Positions 60,397-64,000 of a stretch of 64,000 nt of DNA are shown in pieces. This DNA is from Candidatus Multivoradales bacterium. Its GTDB lineage: Bacteria; Acidobacteriota; Thermoanaerobaculia; Multivoradales; J023. The notes under the pieces are model-generated. The model searched no databases. It was not told the origin of the DNA and saw only the letters and a program-made list of their open reading frames with translations. Location of the stretch: positions 4,640,001-4,704,000 of the forward strand of contig CBDFLE010000006.1 of the NCBI GenBank assembly GCA_965248925.1. The letters are read 5' to 3'. A program made the translations under genes and the position numbers. Positions within the stretch are counted from its first letter, which is position 1. Each line of letters begins with the position of its first letter.

Positions 60397-62627
60397 CGAC
60401 CTGCTCCAGGTTTCCCAGCCGTGGAGGTGCGGAGCGGGTCGCCTTCGCGCAGGTACCAGATCTGATCCATCGCCACCTGGTGGAAGGTCTGGCGCGAGTC
60501 ACTCGCCGGCCACCAGACCTCGATCTCGGACAGTGCGGTCGCCTCGCCCAGGCCGATCTCCTGCTGCAAGCTGGAAGAACCAAAGCTGCCTCCGGTGCCG
60601 ACTGTGGCGTGGACCTGGCGCGGTCCAGAGGGGGTGGCCAGTTCGAGCCGTAGCCGCACCCCGATCGCCGAACGATTCTCGCGCACTCCTTCGAGCCGCA
60701 GGGTAATCCAGTGTTGGCCGTGGCCGGGGTTCTCGAACAGTGCATTGCTGAAACCGTCGCCGGAGTAGGCCCCGCCGAGCACGGCGTAGAGATCCTGGTC
60801 GCCATCGCCATCGAGATCACCAAAGGCGACGGCGTGGCCCTTCTGCAAGTGACCGAAGCCACCCGCCGTGGTGACCTCGCCGAAGCGGCCGTCGCCGTGG
60901 TTGAGAAACATACGGTTGGGCACGATGGCGCGCAAATCCGGGGCGCCGGTGCCGACGTAGAAATCGAGCCAGCCGTCGTTGTCGAGATCCCCGAAACCGC
61001 TGCCCATGGCGTAGAGCACCTTGTCGAGCCCCGCCTGTTGGGTGCGGTCGCTGAAAGTGCCGTCGCGGTTGTTGTGGTAGAGGCGTGGCGTTTCGCCAGG
61101 GCTAGCGGTGCCGAGGTAGTCGGCGGCGACGTTGGCAGCGCCGGCCGCCAGATATTCGGCGTCGTAGGCAGCGACCAGGAGGTCGAGCCAGCCATCGTTG
61201 TCGTAGTCGAAGAACCAGGTGGGAAAGCTGTAGCGTGGTTCGCCGACGCCGGCTTCGGCGGTCACTTCACGAAATCTACGGCCGCCATCGGCCGCCGCCT
61301 CGTTGTGCAGCAGGAGGTTGGGTTCGAGCATCCGGGTGAGGTAGAGGTCGAGCCAGCCGTCGTTGTCGTAGTCGCCCCAGACCACCCCTTTGACATAGCC
61401 CACTACCGCCGCGCCGACCTGCGCCGCGATCTCGGTGAAGGTGCCGTCGCGGTTGTTGCGATACAGCTCGCAGGGATGGCGATCTGCACCCAGCGATTCG
61501 TTGCCGATCATCAGATCGAGCCAGCCATCGTGATCGAAATCGCCCCAGGCCGCGGTTTGGGTCGGGTGAAAACTAAGCAGGCCGGCGGCTACTGTTACCT
61601 CTTCGAAACGACCCCCCAGGTTGTGCAGCAACGAGTTCGGATGGCGGCCTTCGGGCCCCAGCCAGGCACCGCGAAGCACCAAAATGTCCGCCAGACCATC
61701 GTTGTCGTAGTCGGCGTGGATCAGGTTCAGGCCACCGCCGAGGCCGCTCAGCCCGGCGCTGGCGGTGCGCTCTTCGAAGGCCAGTCGATCTTGGCCAGCG
61801 TCGTCACCACGGTTGCGGAAGAACCGCAGGGGGTCGAGCAGACCCCACGACGAGGTCAGGATGTCGAGGTGGCCGTCGCCATCCAGATCTTCGACCACCA
61901 CGCCGCCGGCCAAGCCGAATGCCGCGACTCCGGCATCGGCCGCTACATCATGAAAGCGGCCGATGTCGTCCGTCGAGGCGAAAACCGCTGGATCAATCCG
62001 CCAAGGCTCGGCCACCCCTTGTGGATACTCACCGACGGTCATTGCCGCCAGGTTGAGCAGCCAGCGGGCGTCGAGATCGTCGGGGTCTTCCCGCAGCAGG
62101 GTAGTCAACTCCGCCAGCGCTCGCCGCGAAGCTCCTTGCCGTCGGTGGAAGCCCTCAGCGGCGATCGGCGCCAGGCACGAGGCGCTGGTGTGATCGGCGA
62201 TGCAGTTTTGCTGCTCGCCAAGGCGCAAGTAGGCCAGCGCTAGCAAGGAGTGCAGCTGGCGGCGCAGCTCTGGGAGATCAGAATCCAGGAACTTCAAGGC
62301 TCCTTCGAGGCGGGAGATGGCTGCCTCTGTCCGCCCGGCGCGCAGCTCTTCCCGCGCCGTGCGCAAGGTTGCCTTGGCTTGGCCGGAGGGATCGGTGGGC
62401 GACTCGAGAGCAGCAAAGTGGTCGGCGCGAGCCTGGTTGAGATAGACATTGCGCAGGGGTCGGGAATTGGCAGCAAGGAGTCGCAGCCGTCCAGCCATCA
62501 GCCTGTTACTGGCCAGTACCGAGTGCTCATCAATGGTCGCGGGTCGGCAGCCAACAAGGGTGAGAGCGATCGCCAGGCCGGCCAGGCAAAGGCCGAATTT
62601 TAGACTGTGGAATTCCTGCTGTACCAT
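60393..62627 (-). CDS. CRTAC1-family protein with N-terminal TPR and C-terminal ASPIC/UnbV
   Basis: Lipobox LVGC; GEQQNC; DYDNDG repeats; AIGVR...IGLG...WP. Confidence 0.9.
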   Translation of the reverse strand: MVQQEFHSLKFGLCLAGLAIALTLVGCRPATIDEHSVLASNRLMAGRLRLLAANSRPLRNVYLNQARADHFAALESPTDPSGQAKATLRTAREELRAGRTEAAISRLEGALKFLDSDLPELRRQLHSLLALAYLRLGEQQNCIADHTSASCLAPIAAEGFHRRQGASRRALAELTTLLREDPDDLDARWLLNLAAMTVGEYPQGVAEPWRIDPAVFASTDDIGRFHDVAADAGVAAFGLAGGVVVEDLDGDGHLDILTSSWGLLDPLRFFRNRGDDAGQDRLAFEERTASAGLSGLGGGLNLIHADYDNDGLADILVLRGAWLGPEGRHPNSLLHNLGGRFEEVTVAAGLLSFHPTQTAAWGDFDHDGWLDLMIGNESLGADRHPCELYRNNRDGTFTEIAAQVGAAVVGYVKGVVWGDYDNDGWLDLYLTRMLEPNLLLHNEAAADGGRRFREVTAEAGVGEPRYSFPTWFFDYDNDGWLDLLVAAYDAEYLAAGAANVAADYLGTASPGETPRLYHNNRDGTFSDRTQQAGLDKVLYAMGSGFGDLDNDGWLDFYVGTGAPDLRAIVPNRMFLNHGDGRFGEVTTAGGFGHLQKGHAVAFGDLDGDGDQDLYAVLGGAYSGDGFSNALFENPGHGQHWITLRLEGVRENRSAIGVRLRLELATPSGPRQVHATVGTGGSFGSSSLQQEIGLGEATALSEIEVWWPASDSRQTFHQVAMDQIWYLREGDPLRTSTAGKPGAGR

Positions 62628-62730
62628 CGAGATCTCGCCGCGTGGACAGTAAAGTAGCCCTTGAGCACCCCTTGAGGTGCCCGCCAAGACCGGCGGTCGT
62701 TGCAGAGGACTTCACTGAGTATAGGACGAG

Positions 62731-64000
62731 ATGAACTTGATCACGAATTACCCATCCAGGCGTGTGAACCCGGCGCTGCAGAGACGATTCTGGAGCTTTG
62801 CAAGAGGGTTGGCGAGTGGCCTGGTCTGCTCGGCCTTGCTTGCGGACTGTGTGGCCACCTCTAAGTGCCCGACGCCACTCCTCCGCTACCTTGGCGGTGA
62901 AGTCACGGCTGCTGAGTATCACAGCTGGCTAGAGCTTACCGAGGGCGAGGACGATGCCGACCGGCGGCAGCAGACACTGACCACTATCGCCGTTCAGGAG
63001 GCTCTGGCCGATGCGGCCCGCAAGCGCGGCGCGGCGGGGCAACCCCCTCTACGTTGGGCGCTACTCAACCTCGAGAGCCATCTCTTGGAGAGGGCTCTGC
63101 GGCTTGAAATGGCGAGTGAAATCAGCATCGACGAGCAGCAGATCGCCACTTGGTTGGAGCAGCATCGAGAGCGCATGGATCGGCCCCGGCGGGTGCGTCT
63201 AGAGAATATTTTCAAACAGGTCGACGACGCAGCAGACCTCAATGCCTCGCGCTTGGCGATGGCAGCGATTCGCCAACGGCTGCTCGCTGGTGAAGATTGG
63301 GCCGCGGTTGCATTGGCTGAGTCCGATTCTCAGACCAGATTTCGCCGTGGCAGCATCGGCTGGGTCAAGCCGGGTATTCTCGATCCGGCGATCGAAAGTG
63401 TGGCCTTCGCTCTCGCTTCAGGCGAGATCAGCGAAGTGATCGAAACCGAGGCCGGCTTGACTCTCCTACGCTGCGAGAGGGTCGAGGAAGAGCAGCGGCC
63501 TGACGTGCTGGAAAAGCGCCAGCGAGCGCAGCGCAATTTGCGTCGTCAACAGAGGCAAGAGCAGTGGCAAGCGCTGAAGTCAGAATTGCTGGCCTCGGTT
63601 AGTTTTGACCGCGAAAAGGCTCGGCTGCTCTCTACCCCCAAAGACTCGGTGATTGTTCGCGCCGAGGGTGGTTGGAGTCTGTCGCTGGCGGCGATCGAGG
63701 GGCTGCTGCGTTTTCGCGGAGTTCACCGTCCACTCGCTGATCTGCCTGAAGAGAGAGTTGGCGAGCTGCTCGAAACTCTCGCCACCCGGCTGCAAGCGGC
63801 CGACCGAGCTCGCTCTATGGGTCTGGACCAGGATCGGGAACTCCAAGCCAAACTACATTGGCAGAGGCTGCTGGCGCTGGCCGCCGACGAATTGGGACAC
63901 CGGGTCGAAGTGCGCTTCGAGTCTCTGAGCGAAGAGCAGATCCGGGCTTACTTCGAAGACCATCGCGAAGACTTCCAATGGCTCGAGAGCTTTCGCCTGG
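62731..64000 (+). CDS. PpiC/parvulin-type peptidyl-prolyl isomerase (SurA/PrsA-like), partial, runs off the window
   Basis: Own translation: GEDWAAVALAESDS...GSIGWV...VAFALASGEISEVIETEAG. Confidence 0.78.
   Translation, partial: MNLITNYPSRRVNPALQRRFWSFARGLASGLVCSALLADCVATSKCPTPLLRYLGGEVTAAEYHSWLELTEGEDDADRRQQTLTTIAVQEALADAARKRGAAGQPPLRWALLNLESHLLERALRLEMASEISIDEQQIATWLEQHRERMDRPRRVRLENIFKQVDDAADLNASRLAMAAIRQRLLAGEDWAAVALAESDSQTRFRRGSIGWVKPGILDPAIESVAFALASGEISEVIETEAGLTLLRCERVEEEQRPDVLEKRQRAQRNLRRQQRQEQWQALKSELLASVSFDREKARLLSTPKDSVIVRAEGGWSLSLAAIEGLLRFRGVHRPLADLPEERVGELLETLATRLQAADRARSMGLDQDRELQAKLHWQRLLALAADELGHRVEVRFESLSEEQIRAYFEDHREDFQWLESFRL

Overview
High-GC bacterial DNA in two parts. 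The gene mix (ASPIC/UnbV-CRTAC1 proteins, HTH-TPR regulator, Rhs style) suggests Acidobacteriota/Thermoanaerobaculia, but that is a guess. (1) 1-~24.7 kb is an accessory island: a decaying minus-strand array of three Rhs/YD cassettes with HExxH metallopeptidase toxin tips and signal-peptide-bearing immunity genes. Five mobile elements interrupt it and their ends can be read to the base: an IS1380, a group II intron (2655-8295) that itself holds a four-gene IS21, an unclassified 797-aa-transposase IS and an IS5/IS1182-like IS. The intron's EBS1 loop is complementary to the Tyr-Asp (TAC GA) codons of YD repeats, and its two exons come from YD sites 705 nt apart yet join in frame. The island also carries two secreted unknowns and two probably non-catalytic pterin-dehydratase-like genes opposite an XRE-TPR regulator. 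It ends at an IS21-type terminus fused to half a vapC gene. (2) 24.9-64 kb is mostly core genome: OsmC, LysM transglycosylase, rhodanese-SufE, an unusual operon (DUF2064 glycosyltransferase, ArsM-like methyltransferase, PstSCAB, ars-type flavoprotein), beta-oxidation genes, epmB/efp/epmA, four toxin-antitoxin pairs, gpmI, a DUF3179 selenoprotein with in-frame UGA and SECIS-like hairpin, CRTAC1/TPR proteins and a partial PPIase. All family assignments come from motif recognition, not database searches.
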